Virus record (IMG/VR): IMGVR_UViG_3300045988_146535
Source of the DNA: a virus
Lineage: Duplodnaviria > Heunggongvirae > Uroviricota > Caudoviricetes
Reading direction: 5' to 3' (one strand)
DNA length: 36,473 bases
Position numbers and translations under genes: made by a program. Of the stretch, positions 9,999 through 20,557 are shown in pieces. Numbering within the stretch: position 1 is the first letter of the stretch; every line of letters begins with the position of its first letter. The notes beneath the pieces are model-generated. The model saw only the letters and a list, made by a program, of their open reading frames with translations. It made no database searches and was not told where the DNA came from.

Positions 9999-10158
9999 GT
10001 GTGCGTTTCTCCTGCTCTATCCTGTTTGCCTGACTGACCAGCAAGGGAATTTCACTGATCGGCTTATTCAGCAATTCGAAGGGATTAATGCGCCAGTAAC
10101 TGGCGCAGTCAAAGAAGCGATCAGTGAGGTATTCAGCCGTCAGGCCTGGAGGAAAAAA
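9991..10158 (-). CDS. -1 frameshift extension of the tail assembly chaperone (long form)
   Basis: Slippery heptamer T TTT TTC at 10152-10158 (minus strand) just before the 0-frame stop; -1 frame stays open to 9991, overlapping the tape-measure start. Confidence 0.5.
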   Translation of the reverse strand, partial: FFPPGLTAEYLTDRFFDCASYWRINPFELLNKPISEIPLLVSQANRIEQEKRTHG

Positions 10159-10409
10159 CCAGCCACAAGCCACGCCGCTGCATTCAGGTCTGCCGGAGAC
10201 ATCTGGTCGACAGAGCTTTGCGGCACTTTCGCCAGCCGCACAATGTATTTCGACACCACATGCGCCAGAAGTCTGACGGACTCATCCTGATTCATCTGGT
10301 AAGGATACCCCAGCTCGCGGACATCCTTCCCGGTGGGTTCATCAAACTCCAGTACGGAGAGTGTCTCGCCATGAGCGATAATCGGTTTCTTTAACTCAAG
10401 CTCTTTCAT
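10140..10409 (-). CDS. Tail assembly chaperone (Mu gp41-like, short form)
   Basis: 89 aa between tail tube and tape measure; ends next to a TTTTTTC slippery site. Confidence 0.65.
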   Translation of the reverse strand: MKELELKKPIIAHGETLSVLEFDEPTGKDVRELGYPYQMNQDESVRLLAHVVSKYIVRLAKVPQSSVDQMSPADLNAAAWLVAGFFLQA

Positions 10410-10765
10410 TACTGGTAATCCCCTTCTTCACCGTGGAACTCAAGATCAACCGTGCCTTCTTCGGCATTATGGTTCGCTTCGCCGTGCAGCCAGGCAGACG
10501 ACAGTACATAGACCTGACCGTTCGCCAGCTCGGCAGTAATGGTCATCTCATCAGACGAGGTGATTTTGCTCACCGGAAAATTCTTCGGCACCTTGAAGGT
10601 CCCTTTGACATAAGGCGCACGGTGAGTTTCCTTGCGGTCCACTGAACCGTCCAGGCCGATGATGTCATCATTGACCGTCCTGTTCATGGGCACCTCAATG
10701 CCGCCGGTCAGCGATAGCTGCTGACCGTCAATTTTGAAATAACAGGTTCCCCCGATACGGGCCAT
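10409..10765 (-). CDS. Tail tube protein (Mu gpM-like)
   Basis: 118 aa immediately downstream of the sheath gene. Confidence 0.7.
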   Translation of the reverse strand: MARIGGTCYFKIDGQQLSLTGGIEVPMNRTVNDDIIGLDGSVDRKETHRAPYVKGTFKVPKNFPVSKITSSDEMTITAELANGQVYVLSSAWLHGEANHNAEEGTVDLEFHGEEGDYQ

Positions 10766-12261
10766 TATGCGGACTCCTCTGAATACTGAAGACGGAACTG
10801 GTTAACCACGGCAAAGACACGCAGCTGGTTAACATAGTCAGGCGGGAACAGCGTGTTCAGGCGGTCCGGATCGCTGGCATCACGCTCCACAACCAGGTAC
10901 TGCTTAAACAGTTCGTAGTTTTCCACGATCCCCACACGCTCAAGCTGACGGTAGGTTGCCAGCAGTTCCCCTTTGATCACCGCCGGAGTGACAATCGCCT
11001 GACCGGGACCAAAGCGGGTACCGTCACTGGCAAGCTTGTGACGCCCGTACTTACTGGTAATGACGGATTTCAGTTTGCGCAGTACATACGCGCTGGTATG
11101 CAGCGTCTCACTGTCGAGGTAGCTGTTATCCGCAACCCCGTAAGCGTTTTTCCTGTACGTGGTGACATCACGCTGAATGCGCAGTACCCCGCTTTCGACA
11201 TACGCCGTTGCCACGCCATGAGACAGCAGGGTCTGTTGTTCGGTCATCGTGAACCGTTTCCCCTTCGGCGCAGGCAGCATACCCACCAGCTCACCGGTCT
11301 GCGTGGGACGTGCCGGATCGTTGCGGATAAACACCGCTGCGCGGGCGGTACGGCTTGCCGCCAGCTCGTCGGCAGGCGTCTGGGTCTCTTTTTCGTACCC
11401 CGCCAGGGTAATGTGCTGCTGGTTAAACTGGTCACCTGCGGTCACCAGTTCTGACAACGTGCCGATCTTTGCCGTATACACATGACCATACAGCTGACGC
11501 GCATAGCTCCAGCGACCGCTGGTATCGTTCATCTCGGTCACCAGCGTGTTAACGGAGGCCGTGTCGTTGAACGGCAGACCGATATAATCAAACGGCTCAT
11601 CCGCCATTGCAGCCACCGCGCCGGTGAGAACAGGAGCCCCCGTTCCGGCGGTCCCCGCCGCCACGGCAATCTGTACGCCCGCTGGCAGCACTTCGCCCCC
11701 ACCAAAGCCGTAGTAATTGAGGCTGACAGGAATTTCATTCCCGCAAAGCCCCTTATGACGCGCGGTCAATGTAACCACGCCAGCCGAAGATGAGGCCGTA
11801 AACGGCAGGGCCGGAACGGCATTGATGGCATCTTTGATACTGCTGGCAATCGTCGCGACGTTATCGCCGTTGGTCACCGGTGCCTGCACGCGGGTACGTC
11901 CCACATAAACATTCACCGTGCCGGTTTCGGTTGCCGCGCCGGTCACCGTCAGCGTAACTGTTGCCGCCGCGCCCGTGGATTCAGGAACGGCAATCACATA
12001 CAGTTCACCAAACGGGTCGGTCTGGCGATAAGCCTCGACCATACGCGCCAGCTGACTTCCCGCACCACAAATCTGGCGTGCATAGTCTGCCGATGGCATC
12101 AGCACCAGACTGTTGGCAACAATCTCTGCACCGTTATTGGCATGACCAATCAGCAGCGATGCCCCGCTGTCCTGTGCAGTATTCGCCGCCTGGTTATCCA
12201 TTTCCGCATAAAACAGCGGAACCAGCGTATTCGACGGAATGGTGTTAAAGCTTATCGTCAT
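10765..12261 (-). CDS. Contractile tail sheath protein (Mu gpL-like)
   Basis: 498 aa; size and position. Confidence 0.75.
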   Translation of the reverse strand: MTISFNTIPSNTLVPLFYAEMDNQAANTAQDSGASLLIGHANNGAEIVANSLVLMPSADYARQICGAGSQLARMVEAYRQTDPFGELYVIAVPESTGAAATVTLTVTGAATETGTVNVYVGRTRVQAPVTNGDNVATIASSIKDAINAVPALPFTASSSAGVVTLTARHKGLCGNEIPVSLNYYGFGGGEVLPAGVQIAVAAGTAGTGAPVLTGAVAAMADEPFDYIGLPFNDTASVNTLVTEMNDTSGRWSYARQLYGHVYTAKIGTLSELVTAGDQFNQQHITLAGYEKETQTPADELAASRTARAAVFIRNDPARPTQTGELVGMLPAPKGKRFTMTEQQTLLSHGVATAYVESGVLRIQRDVTTYRKNAYGVADNSYLDSETLHTSAYVLRKLKSVITSKYGRHKLASDGTRFGPGQAIVTPAVIKGELLATYRQLERVGIVENYELFKQYLVVERDASDPDRLNTLFPPDYVNQLRVFAVVNQFRLQYSEESA

Positions 12262-12415
12262 CGGTGTTCACCTTTTTATTCACGCGCCGGATATCACCCG
12301 CTGCTTCACGGCGCAGCCAGTAGTTGTTCTCATCAACATTTCGCCCCTCGGCGGGCAAAAGGTCGCCGCGGGCAGGGTCAGGCACTGACCGCCCTTTAAC
12401 AGCTTTCACAAACAT
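12245..12415 (-). CDS. Small hypothetical protein upstream of the sheath gene
   Basis: Hand-translated 56-aa ORF MFVKAVKGRSVPDPARGDLLPAEGRNVDENNYWLRREAAGDIRRVNKKVNTDDKL; below the ORF-track length cut-off. Confidence 0.35.
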   Translation of the reverse strand: MFVKAVKGRSVPDPARGDLLPAEGRNVDENNYWLRREAAGDIRRVNKKVNTDDDKL

Positions 12416-12423
12416 GAGGATCC

Positions 12424-12984
12424 TCAGGAAGGAAGGGTTATTTCGGTGTGATGTTCGATATCGCCGTCAGGCCCGTTACCGGGCTCGAGATAATCAACAT
12501 CAATCGCCAGCGTTTGCAGTTCATCCAGACTGTTCAGATCATCCTGCTGGCGGGTATCGTCTTCAGTCAGCTCTCTGATGACCGAAAAATCGAACTGATA
12601 AATCAGCTCATGACGATTCATATCCAGCAGCGTGCCGCCGTCATAGGTAATCGGGTTACCGCACGCCTCCGGGTTCCAGCCCAGCAGAGCCTTAAAGAGC
12701 ATCTGCCGGACATCGTCCACCACATCATACGAGGCAAACTGACCGCGCTCATCACGCCCGTTACTCAGTATGACAACCACGGAGAAACCCTCTTTCAGCT
12801 CCTGCCAGTAGTCGGTCTGGCTTTTATTTTCTCCCGGAGAATCATCACCCGGTACCACATACGCCGCCGGGAGTCTCAGCTTTCCGACCTCCGGCAGATT
12901 TTTGAACTGTGCCGCGCCTGCCACCCGGTTTTCAAAATACGGGCAGCGGGCACGCAGCGCAGCAATAACAGGCGTCAGTTTCAT
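12424..12984 (-). CDS. Virion structural protein (tail completion/joining, Mu gp37-like position)
   Basis: 186 aa in the head-tail joining block. Confidence 0.5.
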   Translation of the reverse strand: MKLTPVIAALRARCPYFENRVAGAAQFKNLPEVGKLRLPAAYVVPGDDSPGENKSQTDYWQELKEGFSVVVILSNGRDERGQFASYDVVDDVRQMLFKALLGWNPEACGNPITYDGGTLLDMNRHELIYQFDFSVIRELTEDDTRQQDDLNSLDELQTLAIDVDYLEPGNGPDGDIEHHTEITLPS

Positions 12985-13487
12985 CTGTGTCGTCGCTCCG
13001 GCTTCAGTGATTTACGTAATTCCCGCGCCAGAAAATAGCGTGTCCAGCTGCGGTTCTTTTCAAGCGTTTCCACCATAAAGTTATTACGTGGAGCCAGCCG
13101 CCAGCCGCTGCCACCGGATGCACCACGATGATGGCTGCGACGACGCTTTGCCCCTCCCCGGACACCAAAAAACAGAAACGCCGGATAGAAGTCACCAGAG
13201 ATCATCCGGTTCCCCTTCCCGTTGCGCTGGTTAGGGGCAATGCGTGTCATAAAACCGGCTCGCTTTTTACTGGCTCTCGGCACCATGTAACCAATCGAAC
13301 GAGCCAGGCGTCCGGTCTGATAACCGGGGTTTTCACCCGGTGCCGACCGCGCACGGCGCATCACCAGCCGACGGGCATCACGCATATGACGCTGACCAAT
13401 CGTGACAAACGCCCGCCGGACACGGGCGCGGTTAAAGCGCATCTCCGCGGGCTGCTGAAAATCAACGTGCAAAAAGGAAGTCGCCAT
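12981..13487 (-). CDS. HK97 gp10-family tail-completion protein
   Basis: 168 aa, basic, with the family-typical GRLARSIGY motif. Confidence 0.55.
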   Translation of the reverse strand: MATSFLHVDFQQPAEMRFNRARVRRAFVTIGQRHMRDARRLVMRRARSAPGENPGYQTGRLARSIGYMVPRASKKRAGFMTRIAPNQRNGKGNRMISGDFYPAFLFFGVRGGAKRRRSHHRGASGGSGWRLAPRNNFMVETLEKNRSWTRYFLARELRKSLKPERRHR

Positions 13488-13872
13488 TGTTGCCTCCGTG
13501 ACTCTGCGTAAATTCGCCCAGCTCCGTACACTCCAGCAGCAGAAAGCGCCGCGCTCCGTTCAGATCACGCTGACGTTTCACGCGGTACACACTGTCACCA
13601 CAGACCACCTCATAATCAGCGGTGATCCCCCGGCGGTAACGAATGGTGATGTAATGGGTGATGGCGTCCCCGGTCTGCGCGGTTTCCTGCCAGGTGGTGG
13701 CACTGGTCTGGATAACCTTCGCCCATGTCCGGAACGTAACCGGGTATTGAGGCTCCACGCCAAAGTTATCCGCGGGCATATCCACCCGCAGGCGGATCAG
13801 GACGCGTTTATTCAGTTCACCGGGGTCCGGCAGAATGTAGGTTGCGCTGGTCTGCGCCTGACGAATTTTCAT
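13462..13872 (-). CDS. Head-tail adaptor / head closure protein
   Basis: 136 aa; position after the gp6-like connector. Confidence 0.55.
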   Translation of the reverse strand: MKIRQAQTSATYILPDPGELNKRVLIRLRVDMPADNFGVEPQYPVTFRTWAKVIQTSATTWQETAQTGDAITHYITIRYRRGITADYEVVCGDSVYRVKRQRDLNGARRFLLLECTELGEFTQSHGGNNGDFLFAR

Positions 13873-14192
13873 TGCGGAAAGTACCTGTACGGGCCGACAA
13901 GCCAGCCAAAACTCTGCGGCATGTCGAGTTTCTCCACTTCCGTAACCGACGAGCGGTTTTCGTAAAAATGGCTGATAAGCATCAGCATCCCCAGACGAAT
14001 ATCATCCGGCAGGTGCAGCCCGTCCGGATCGCTGTCCGGAATGGTTTCATCCGGTGCATAGAGCTTCCGGTTCAGATACGTTTCCGTCCGCTTTTGTGCC
14101 GCACAGGCCAGCAGTTGCAGATGGCGGTCATCAGCATCGAAATCCTCATCCAGCCGGAGTTGGGCTTTAATCTCTTCCATTGTCAGAAGCAT
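13869..14192 (-). CDS. gp6-like head-tail connector protein
   Basis: 107 aa; N-terminus MLLTMEEIKAQLRLDEDFDADD typical of this family. Confidence 0.6.
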   Translation of the reverse strand: MLLTMEEIKAQLRLDEDFDADDRHLQLLACAAQKRTETYLNRKLYAPDETIPDSDPDGLHLPDDIRLGMLMLISHFYENRSSVTEVEKLDMPQSFGWLVGPYRYFPQ

Positions 14193-14194
14193 AC

Positions 14195-14395
14195 TCAGCC
14201 CTCTTTACTGGTCGTGGCTTTTTTCTCTTTTGCCGCTTTACTGCTTTTTGCACTGATTCCGCGCTCTGCTAACCCGGCCTGAAGTGCAATCTCCTGCACC
14301 CGGGCAGGAAGCGCCCCGTCGTCATACTCACCGGCCCGAATGACCTCAACACGCATACCGTCCGGTGACCATTTCAGATCTTGTTTCAGGATCAT
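14195..14395 (-). CDS. Small hypothetical head-module protein
   Basis: 66 aa between capsid and connector genes. Confidence 0.4.
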   Translation of the reverse strand: MILKQDLKWSPDGMRVEVIRAGEYDDGALPARVQEIALQAGLAERGISAKSSKAAKEKKATTSKEG

Positions 14396-14444
14396 GATTC
14401 TTCACCCGTCAGAACAGGGGGCGCGGTTCCGCGCCCCTGAGTGA

Positions 14445-15650
14445 TTACGCCGCTGCAATCTTCAGCAGTTTGATGGCCTGCGAATCGACCAGCATCCCGC
14501 CGGTGCGCTTGGTGGTATAAAAACCGACAAACGGTTTATTGGTGTACGGGTCACGCAGAATGCGGGTGCCGATACGGTCAACGATGGTGTAACCCCGTTT
14601 GAAGTTACCAAATGCAATGGCTTTCGCATCAGCGGCGATATCCGGCATCTGTTCGTTTTCAGCGATACCGTAACCCGCCAGAGAGGACGGCTGCCCCAGT
14701 TCCAGCCCCGGACGCCACAGATAGTTACCCTCGGTGTCTTTCAGCAAACGGATGGCAAACAGGCTGTTGTTGTTCATCATGAACTTCGCGCCGGTGCGGT
14801 GTGCCTTTCGCAGCGTGTAAATCAGTTTGATAATGGCGTCTGCGGTCACCCCCGTCGCTTCGCCGGATACAATATGCTGAAGTTTGCCGAACGCCCGGAC
14901 CTTATCGGTTTCATCGGTGGATTCATACGCCAGGAACCCTTTCGGCTTCTTGGTACCATCGCCGGTGGTAAAGGCAATTTCTTCCTGTTCGGCAAATTCG
15001 GTTGCCAGCTCGCTGTTGATCCAGGTCTCCACGTTGAAGAAGGCATCATCCAGCATTTTCTGGGTAGCCTGCGGGTTGCCGTAGATTTCCCCCATGAAAG
15101 GTTCAATCAGTCCCAGTTTTGAGGTGGCGGTCTGGGAGCGTGCATCAGTCTCGCCAACCCATCCGGAAGCCGTGCCGCCCAGATTCACCAGTTTTTTGTA
15201 GTCGGAACCGCCAACAGTGATTACCGTGGCTTCCTGGCGCATCACCACTTCATCTTTCAGCAGGGTGAGAATGTTGCGATCCAGTGCTTCCGGCACGGCA
15301 TAGCCACCGTCTTCATCGGTGCCCACCTGCAATGCCTTGCGCTCCAGATCGCGCAGACCTTCTTCACGGCCTTTACGCAGGAAGCCCACAAACGCCTCTT
15401 TGTGCTCTGTGGCCAGTTTATTTTGCGCACCACCTGCCGGACGTTTCAGCTCAAGCAGCTCTTTTTCAAGGTCGCTTTTGAGATTTTCCAGCTCGCTGAG
15501 TTTCCCGTTCAGGGTTTCCACCTGTCCGGCAAGTTTGCCTTTTTCCTGCTCAATCGCATCCACGCGCTTGTCGTTCTTTGCCTTGAAGTCGTCAAACTTC
15601 TGCTGCAGCTCCTGCGCGACCTGTTCCACATCTTTAATATCAACCGCCAT
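14445..15650 (-). CDS. Major capsid protein, HK97 family (with N-terminal delta/scaffold domain)
   Basis: 401 aa; coiled-coil N-terminus followed by HK97-like fold region; follows the prohead protease. Confidence 0.85.
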   Translation of the reverse strand: MAVDIKDVEQVAQELQQKFDDFKAKNDKRVDAIEQEKGKLAGQVETLNGKLSELENLKSDLEKELLELKRPAGGAQNKLATEHKEAFVGFLRKGREEGLRDLERKALQVGTDEDGGYAVPEALDRNILTLLKDEVVMRQEATVITVGGSDYKKLVNLGGTASGWVGETDARSQTATSKLGLIEPFMGEIYGNPQATQKMLDDAFFNVETWINSELATEFAEQEEIAFTTGDGTKKPKGFLAYESTDETDKVRAFGKLQHIVSGEATGVTADAIIKLIYTLRKAHRTGAKFMMNNNSLFAIRLLKDTEGNYLWRPGLELGQPSSLAGYGIAENEQMPDIAADAKAIAFGNFKRGYTIVDRIGTRILRDPYTNKPFVGFYTTKRTGGMLVDSQAIKLLKIAAA

Positions 15651-15664
15651 CGTATTCCTCCTGA

Positions 15665-16351
15665 TTAGAAGTTCAGATTTTTCAGTGCATTCAGTGCAGA
15701 GCCCACATCCTCAGCGTCGCGCAGGGACAGTGCGCCATAGCCCCCGGCCATGAATGCTTTGGCCTGGGTACGGGAGAGTCCGACATCACGCAGGACTCTT
15801 TCGATTTTTTTCTGTTCGGGGATTTCCCCGCGGGCCAGTGCGTTCTTGACGTCGCTGATCCGCGCCTCGTCGTTAGACGGGAACGTCACCAGACTGACTT
15901 CCCAGAGGTCGATTTCTTTCAGCAGAAAGGCTTCTTTGCTCCGGTCGTATTCCCAGTCTTTCAGGACGTACCCAATAGAAAGGCCGGTTAACGAACCGGC
16001 CTTCATGTGTGCATGTGCGCGTTTTGCCAAGGGATCATCATCAATGAGCAACCGCCCCCTGACGTAAAGCCCGACATCGTCTTCCTTCATTTCGGTGTAA
16101 ACACCGATGGGCTCATCCATGCGGTGCTGCCAGAGCAGCGCAGGTAACGCTTTTCTGTCACTCCACGCCCGCAGGGAAGCGGCAAATGCCCCTGACATCA
16201 CCACATCATCGTGGCTGTCCTTTACACCAAAGACGGAGCCATACCCTTCAAACTCACCGGAGTCACTGACAGATTTCAGACTCAGCGGTACATCAAGACG
16301 TTGTTTCGTCTGCATTGGCGTTATCCTTCTGCTTACCGGCTTTACTGCCAT
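15665..16351 (-). CDS. Prohead maturation protease, HK97 family
   Basis: 228 aa between portal and capsid. Confidence 0.75.
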   Translation of the reverse strand: MAVKPVSRRITPMQTKQRLDVPLSLKSVSDSGEFEGYGSVFGVKDSHDDVVMSGAFAASLRAWSDRKALPALLWQHRMDEPIGVYTEMKEDDVGLYVRGRLLIDDDPLAKRAHAHMKAGSLTGLSIGYVLKDWEYDRSKEAFLLKEIDLWEVSLVTFPSNDEARISDVKNALARGEIPEQKKIERVLRDVGLSRTQAKAFMAGGYGALSLRDAEDVGSALNALKNLNF

Positions 16352-17534
16352 CGGAGGGTTTCGTGGTCATGTTCATCGGTGTGAGATAGACATCACCACC
16401 GGGACGCGGATTCATATCTTCCAGGTCGCGGCAGTCATTGGGAGAGTAAATTCCCCAATTGATCCCGGTAGCGTAGGCTTCAAAACGGGACTTCATATCC
16501 CCGCGCAGTAAGGCCCCGGCGTTAAATTTGGCGTAATAAACGCCCTGCTTACTTTTTCGTACCAGTCCGGTGTTGATCCGCTGCTCAATGCGGGTCAGAT
16601 ACGGCACCAGTGAATAGTTGATAAATCCCAGCCCCAGCTCTTCGATATTGTTGAAGGTGGCGCGATCGGTGTTCTGCACCATGTGCAATGGCACCCGGAA
16701 CAGACGACAGATTTCTTCAAGCTGAAACTTGCGGGTTTCCAGGAACTGGCTGTCCTCGGCGTTCAGCGCCATCGACTTCCAGTCCAGCCCCATCTCAAGG
16801 ATCATCGGGCGGTGAGCATTGCCAAGCCCGGTGTGACGCTCCTCAAAATCTTTCTTCAGGCGCTCGTAAGCCTGATCTGACAGCGTCTGCTCTGTACGCA
16901 ACACACCCGACGTCACCGCACCATTGCTGAACAGTCTGGCCCCGTGCTCTTCGGTCGCTGCCGCCAGCGATATTGCCTCGCGGGCATAGGCGATGGGATT
17001 CAGCCCCACCAGTCCGTCCAGCGTCAGCGTGCGCACATGCCAGATATCTTCCTGGCTCAGCACATCCGTGGAGCCGTCCGGGAATGTGACCTGATAGACC
17101 GGCTCCCAGCTACTGTTAAGCTTCGGTACCACACAGCCGGGATCGACGGGTAGCAGTTCAGCCACTTCGCCAAATGCTTTCACTTTGTAGGCGTAAAAGT
17201 TTCCCCGCAGGCACAGACAGGTGACCACCAGCTCCCAAAACTCCTGCGGCGTCATATAGCCATTGGGATGCGTGGAAATCAGCTTATGCAGACGTTCGCC
17301 GGTGGCTCTCTGTTTCAGGTTGCCGTTCAGGTGATACAGGTTGCAGGGCAACATCCCGACCGACTCTGCCAGCACCCTGACGCAGGAAAAAACCGCCGTC
17401 AGTCGCATGGCCCGCTGACTGCTGATCTGCTTTCCGGTATAGGTGTCGTAGGACAACCCGATGGCATCCGCCAGCTCTGCTGGCGTGGTCACCGGTGCGT
17501 CACTTTTTCGTTGAAATAATCCCGAAAAGAACAC
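16293..17534 (-). CDS. Portal protein, HK97 family
   Basis: 413 aa downstream of the terminase large subunit. Confidence 0.8.
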   Translation of the reverse strand: MFFSGLFQRKSDAPVTTPAELADAIGLSYDTYTGKQISSQRAMRLTAVFSCVRVLAESVGMLPCNLYHLNGNLKQRATGERLHKLISTHPNGYMTPQEFWELVVTCLCLRGNFYAYKVKAFGEVAELLPVDPGCVVPKLNSSWEPVYQVTFPDGSTDVLSQEDIWHVRTLTLDGLVGLNPIAYAREAISLAAATEEHGARLFSNGAVTSGVLRTEQTLSDQAYERLKKDFEERHTGLGNAHRPMILEMGLDWKSMALNAEDSQFLETRKFQLEEICRLFRVPLHMVQNTDRATFNNIEELGLGFINYSLVPYLTRIEQRINTGLVRKSKQGVYYAKFNAGALLRGDMKSRFEAYATGINWGIYSPNDCRDLEDMNPRPGGDVYLTPMNMTTKPSDGSKAGKQKDNANADETTS

Positions 17535-17716
17535 TATTTACCTCCGCCGACAGACGGCTGTGTACGGTCGAGATATCGCGCCACCAGCCACGACCAGAAC
17601 AGGCACAACGCCCCGGCAACAACAAACCCCGCCGGGGGATAAATCAGCCAGGCACCATACGCCAGCAAAAGCGCCCCCAGCACGCCCACCAGAGGCGCGA
17701 GAATCAGCATGATCAT
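17534..17716 (-). CDS. Small hydrophobic hypothetical protein
   Basis: 60 aa, two predicted transmembrane stretches, between terminase and portal. Confidence 0.35.
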   Translation of the reverse strand: MIMLILAPLVGVLGALLLAYGAWLIYPPAGFVVAGALCLFWSWLVARYLDRTQPSVGGGK

Positions 17717-17727
17717 AATTACCTCAG

Positions 17728-19461
17728 TTAAAGCGAGCGGATCCCATAGGACTCAATGTGGTCAGACAGCGTGTCTTCTTTCTCGTACAGCATGGCTCTG
17801 CCAACCGCCATAATCAGCGCAACTGCACCATCGATTTTGTTTTCCGCCTGCTCTTTGACGGGCTTCACCACATCATCGTTACCCGGAATGGTTTTGCCGA
17901 CCACGTTGCCAATACACCAGGTCATGATGGGATTGCCATCATGATGAAAGCGCCCCGATTCAATTGCCGCTTCCAGCTCTTTCATCGGGTCGGACATGTT
18001 GGTGTAGTTCTGAATGATAGTGATGGGGTTCAGGTCTTCATCAGCAAGGTCATGTGAGAGCCCGGTCGCCCCGAAGGGGTCGATGGGTGACTCGCTGACC
18101 GGGCTGATTTTGTTCGCCGCTTTGGCCTCCTCGAGGATGTAGCGATAATCCACCTCTGCACCATCGGTAACGGTCAGAACGCCCATTTCCACCCATTTCT
18201 GAAAGCGTTCGGCTGTCCGTCGATCTTCATTTTTCTCGACGCTGTACACCGTGTCATACGGTACCCAGAAACGCGGGGCCACACTGTAGTAATGCGTTTT
18301 ACCGTCAATCTCGCGGGTATAAAGTCGCGCCATGCTGTTCATATCCAGCTTACGCGCCAGGTCAAAGGCCAGAATGCACGGCTGCCCCTCGAACTGCTCA
18401 AGGGTCAGTGATTTATCCTCGCAGCTCTGCCAGCTCACCAGGTTGAAATACGCCGAACGCGCCGACACCCAGATATTGAGGTGTTTTGTTTTAAAGACGT
18501 TTGCCAGACGGGCGTTATTTTTCGCACGCTGCTGCTGACTTAACAAAAATTCGCGATAAACCGACACGCCAATATTTGGATTGGCTTTTTCCAGCACCTG
18601 CGGGTCGGTCCAGTCGTCACCTTCATCAACGGTATAGATGATCCCGAACAGTTCATCGTTAGGCACCGAGCCGTTGAGCATCTCGATGACTTCCCGCCGT
18701 TTGTCGTAGCACGGCCCCTCAATGTTGTACCCGGCGGTAGTGATAGCCCACATCAGTGGCTGACGTCGCGCCCCCATCCCGGTAAGCATCGTGGTGTAAA
18801 GCGCATCTGTGGCGTGCTCGTGATATTCATCCACCACCGCACAGTGGGGTGATGAACCATCACCGGGGTTACCAATCAGCGGTTCAAACCGCGCCCCATC
18901 CTCCGGACGGTTCATGTTTGAGGCGTTAACCTCAATCCCGAACGCTTCCGTCAGCATGGGTGTGCGTTTACACATCAGTCGCGCCGGGCGAAAGACTTCC
19001 CACGCCTGTTTCTCTGTCGTGGCACCGGAATACACTTCCGCGCCAAACTCGTTATCACAGGCAAAACAATACAGGGCAACACCGGCAGAGATTGCCGATT
19101 TGCCGTTCTTACGGGGGATTTCGGTATACACCTCCCGGAAGCGGCGCAGCCGGGAGCCTTTATTGACCCAGCCAAACGCGCAGCAGATCACAAAGAGCTG
19201 CCACGGCTCCAGCGTGATGGGCATCCGTTTAAATGCCCACTCACCCTTGGTGTGCGGCAACAGCTGAATAAATTTGGCGGCCCGTTCAGCCAGATCCTTG
19301 TCGAAGCGGTAACGAAACGACTTACTTTTTTCCGCCATCAGGTCGTCAAGATGGCGCTGGCAGGCCTGAATCACAAACTGGCAGGCCACAATCTTTCCGC
19401 GCACGACATCCCGGGCATACTGATTGGCAGCATTTACGTTGGGGTAAGATTTCCGGCTCAT
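17728..19461 (-). CDS. Terminase large subunit
   Basis: 577 aa; ATPase and nuclease regions; follows the small subunit. Confidence 0.85.
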   Translation of the reverse strand: MSRKSYPNVNAANQYARDVVRGKIVACQFVIQACQRHLDDLMAEKSKSFRYRFDKDLAERAAKFIQLLPHTKGEWAFKRMPITLEPWQLFVICCAFGWVNKGSRLRRFREVYTEIPRKNGKSAISAGVALYCFACDNEFGAEVYSGATTEKQAWEVFRPARLMCKRTPMLTEAFGIEVNASNMNRPEDGARFEPLIGNPGDGSSPHCAVVDEYHEHATDALYTTMLTGMGARRQPLMWAITTAGYNIEGPCYDKRREVIEMLNGSVPNDELFGIIYTVDEGDDWTDPQVLEKANPNIGVSVYREFLLSQQQRAKNNARLANVFKTKHLNIWVSARSAYFNLVSWQSCEDKSLTLEQFEGQPCILAFDLARKLDMNSMARLYTREIDGKTHYYSVAPRFWVPYDTVYSVEKNEDRRTAERFQKWVEMGVLTVTDGAEVDYRYILEEAKAANKISPVSESPIDPFGATGLSHDLADEDLNPITIIQNYTNMSDPMKELEAAIESGRFHHDGNPIMTWCIGNVVGKTIPGNDDVVKPVKEQAENKIDGAVALIMAVGRAMLYEKEDTLSDHIESYGIRSL

Positions 19462-19961
19462 GACTCGATAATTTTCAGAAACGGGTTAGTGGCTTTCTTC
19501 TTCCCCGCCAGGCCAATCAGACGCTGGCGGCTGCTGGGGTCGAGTCCGAGCATTGCCCCCGTACTGCTCATCTCGGACTCCTGTTCTTTTTTGGCGGTCA
19601 GCTCCGGATTTTTGACCATGCCGCCCATTGCACCGGTGATGGTGTTGCCCTGTCTGGCAATATTTTTCACGGCACGTCGCCAGAACTCATAGGCCACGCA
19701 CCACCGCTCAAGCACTGCGAGGTCAGTCACGCACAGCAGGCCCTGACCGCAGAGTTCTTTGGTTGTCAGTTGCCACATGATCGTAGCGAGAGGAAGCTCT
19801 TCTTCAGCGAACCACTCCGGTGGCTCAACACCTTTGATGGGCGTAAAAACAGGTTCATCTTTGTTCAGGGCTCGCTTGCCGGGGTTTCCGGCCAGCGCCT
19901 TGCGCGCCGTTGGCTTAGGGCGACGCCCGGAACGCCCCGCCGTTCCAGCCATATGCGGCAC
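19458..19961 (-). CDS. Terminase small subunit
   Basis: 167 aa, basic N-terminus; stop/start overlap with the large subunit. Confidence 0.7.
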   Translation of the reverse strand: MPHMAGTAGRSGRRPKPTARKALAGNPGKRALNKDEPVFTPIKGVEPPEWFAEEELPLATIMWQLTTKELCGQGLLCVTDLAVLERWCVAYEFWRRAVKNIARQGNTITGAMGGMVKNPELTAKKEQESEMSSTGAMLGLDPSSRQRLIGLAGKKKATNPFLKIIES

Positions 19962-20077
19962 TCCTGGTTAAATTTCATTTTTCGCGGGTATAAAAAAACG
20001 ATGGGGCGGGCAGTCCGGAAGACGTCAGGTCACAGGGATTTGACCCGCCCCTCCCCTCTGGCAGTGGGAACTGGTTC

Positions 20078-20428
20078 TCACTTCAGCCGTTCACGGGCCG
20101 TCTTCGCCTTATGACACGGCCAGCACAGGCTCTGCAGATTGCTGTCGGCATCTGTGCCGCCATGCGCTTTAGGGATGATGTGGTCAACGGTTTTCGCCTC
20201 ACGTACCACACCAGCACGCAGACATAACTGACACAGTCCTTTATCACGCTTCAGCACGCACGCGCGGATAACATCCCACTTCGAACCGTAGCCGCGCTGG
20301 TGACGGGATTGTCCAGGTTTGTACTGCTTCCAGCCTTCGCTTTTGTGGCTTTCGCAGTAGCCTGACGGGTCTGTGGTTGTAGAGCGGCAGCCGCGAACAC
20401 GGCAGGCTTTTGGTGTTCGTGGTGGCAT
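20078..20428 (-). CDS. HNH endonuclease (packaging-associated)
   Basis: 116 aa with Cys clusters and HNH motif (VDHIIPKAHGG...N...LC..CH); sits just upstream of the terminase genes. Confidence 0.8.
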   Translation of the reverse strand: MPPRTPKACRVRGCRSTTTDPSGYCESHKSEGWKQYKPGQSRHQRGYGSKWDVIRACVLKRDKGLCQLCLRAGVVREAKTVDHIIPKAHGGTDADSNLQSLCWPCHKAKTARERLK

Positions 20429-20557
20429 GATAGGCTCCCCTCGTAAATGAGGTGATTCACAAAATGAAACAAAAAAAGCACTGGTAGTACCAGCATCCTA
20501 AATTACAGATTCCATAACATGCTCAATGCTGCTAATGGCAAGAAAGGATGTTTTTAA

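Noticed and set aside
16293-16351. 59-nt overlap between portal and protease genes as evidence of a frameshift or mis-call
   Set aside because: The protease ORF has internal Met candidates and such overlaps are common in head modules; no slippery sequence noted.
8306-19267. Numerous 60-150 aa ORFs on the opposite strand inside large structural genes (for example 8671-9000, 11038-11454, 14799-15122, 15319-15753, 18914-19267)
   Set aside because: They are fully embedded antisense in well-supported long genes of a GC-rich region, lack ribosome-binding sites and have biased Arg/Pro/Ser-rich composition; these are shadow ORFs.
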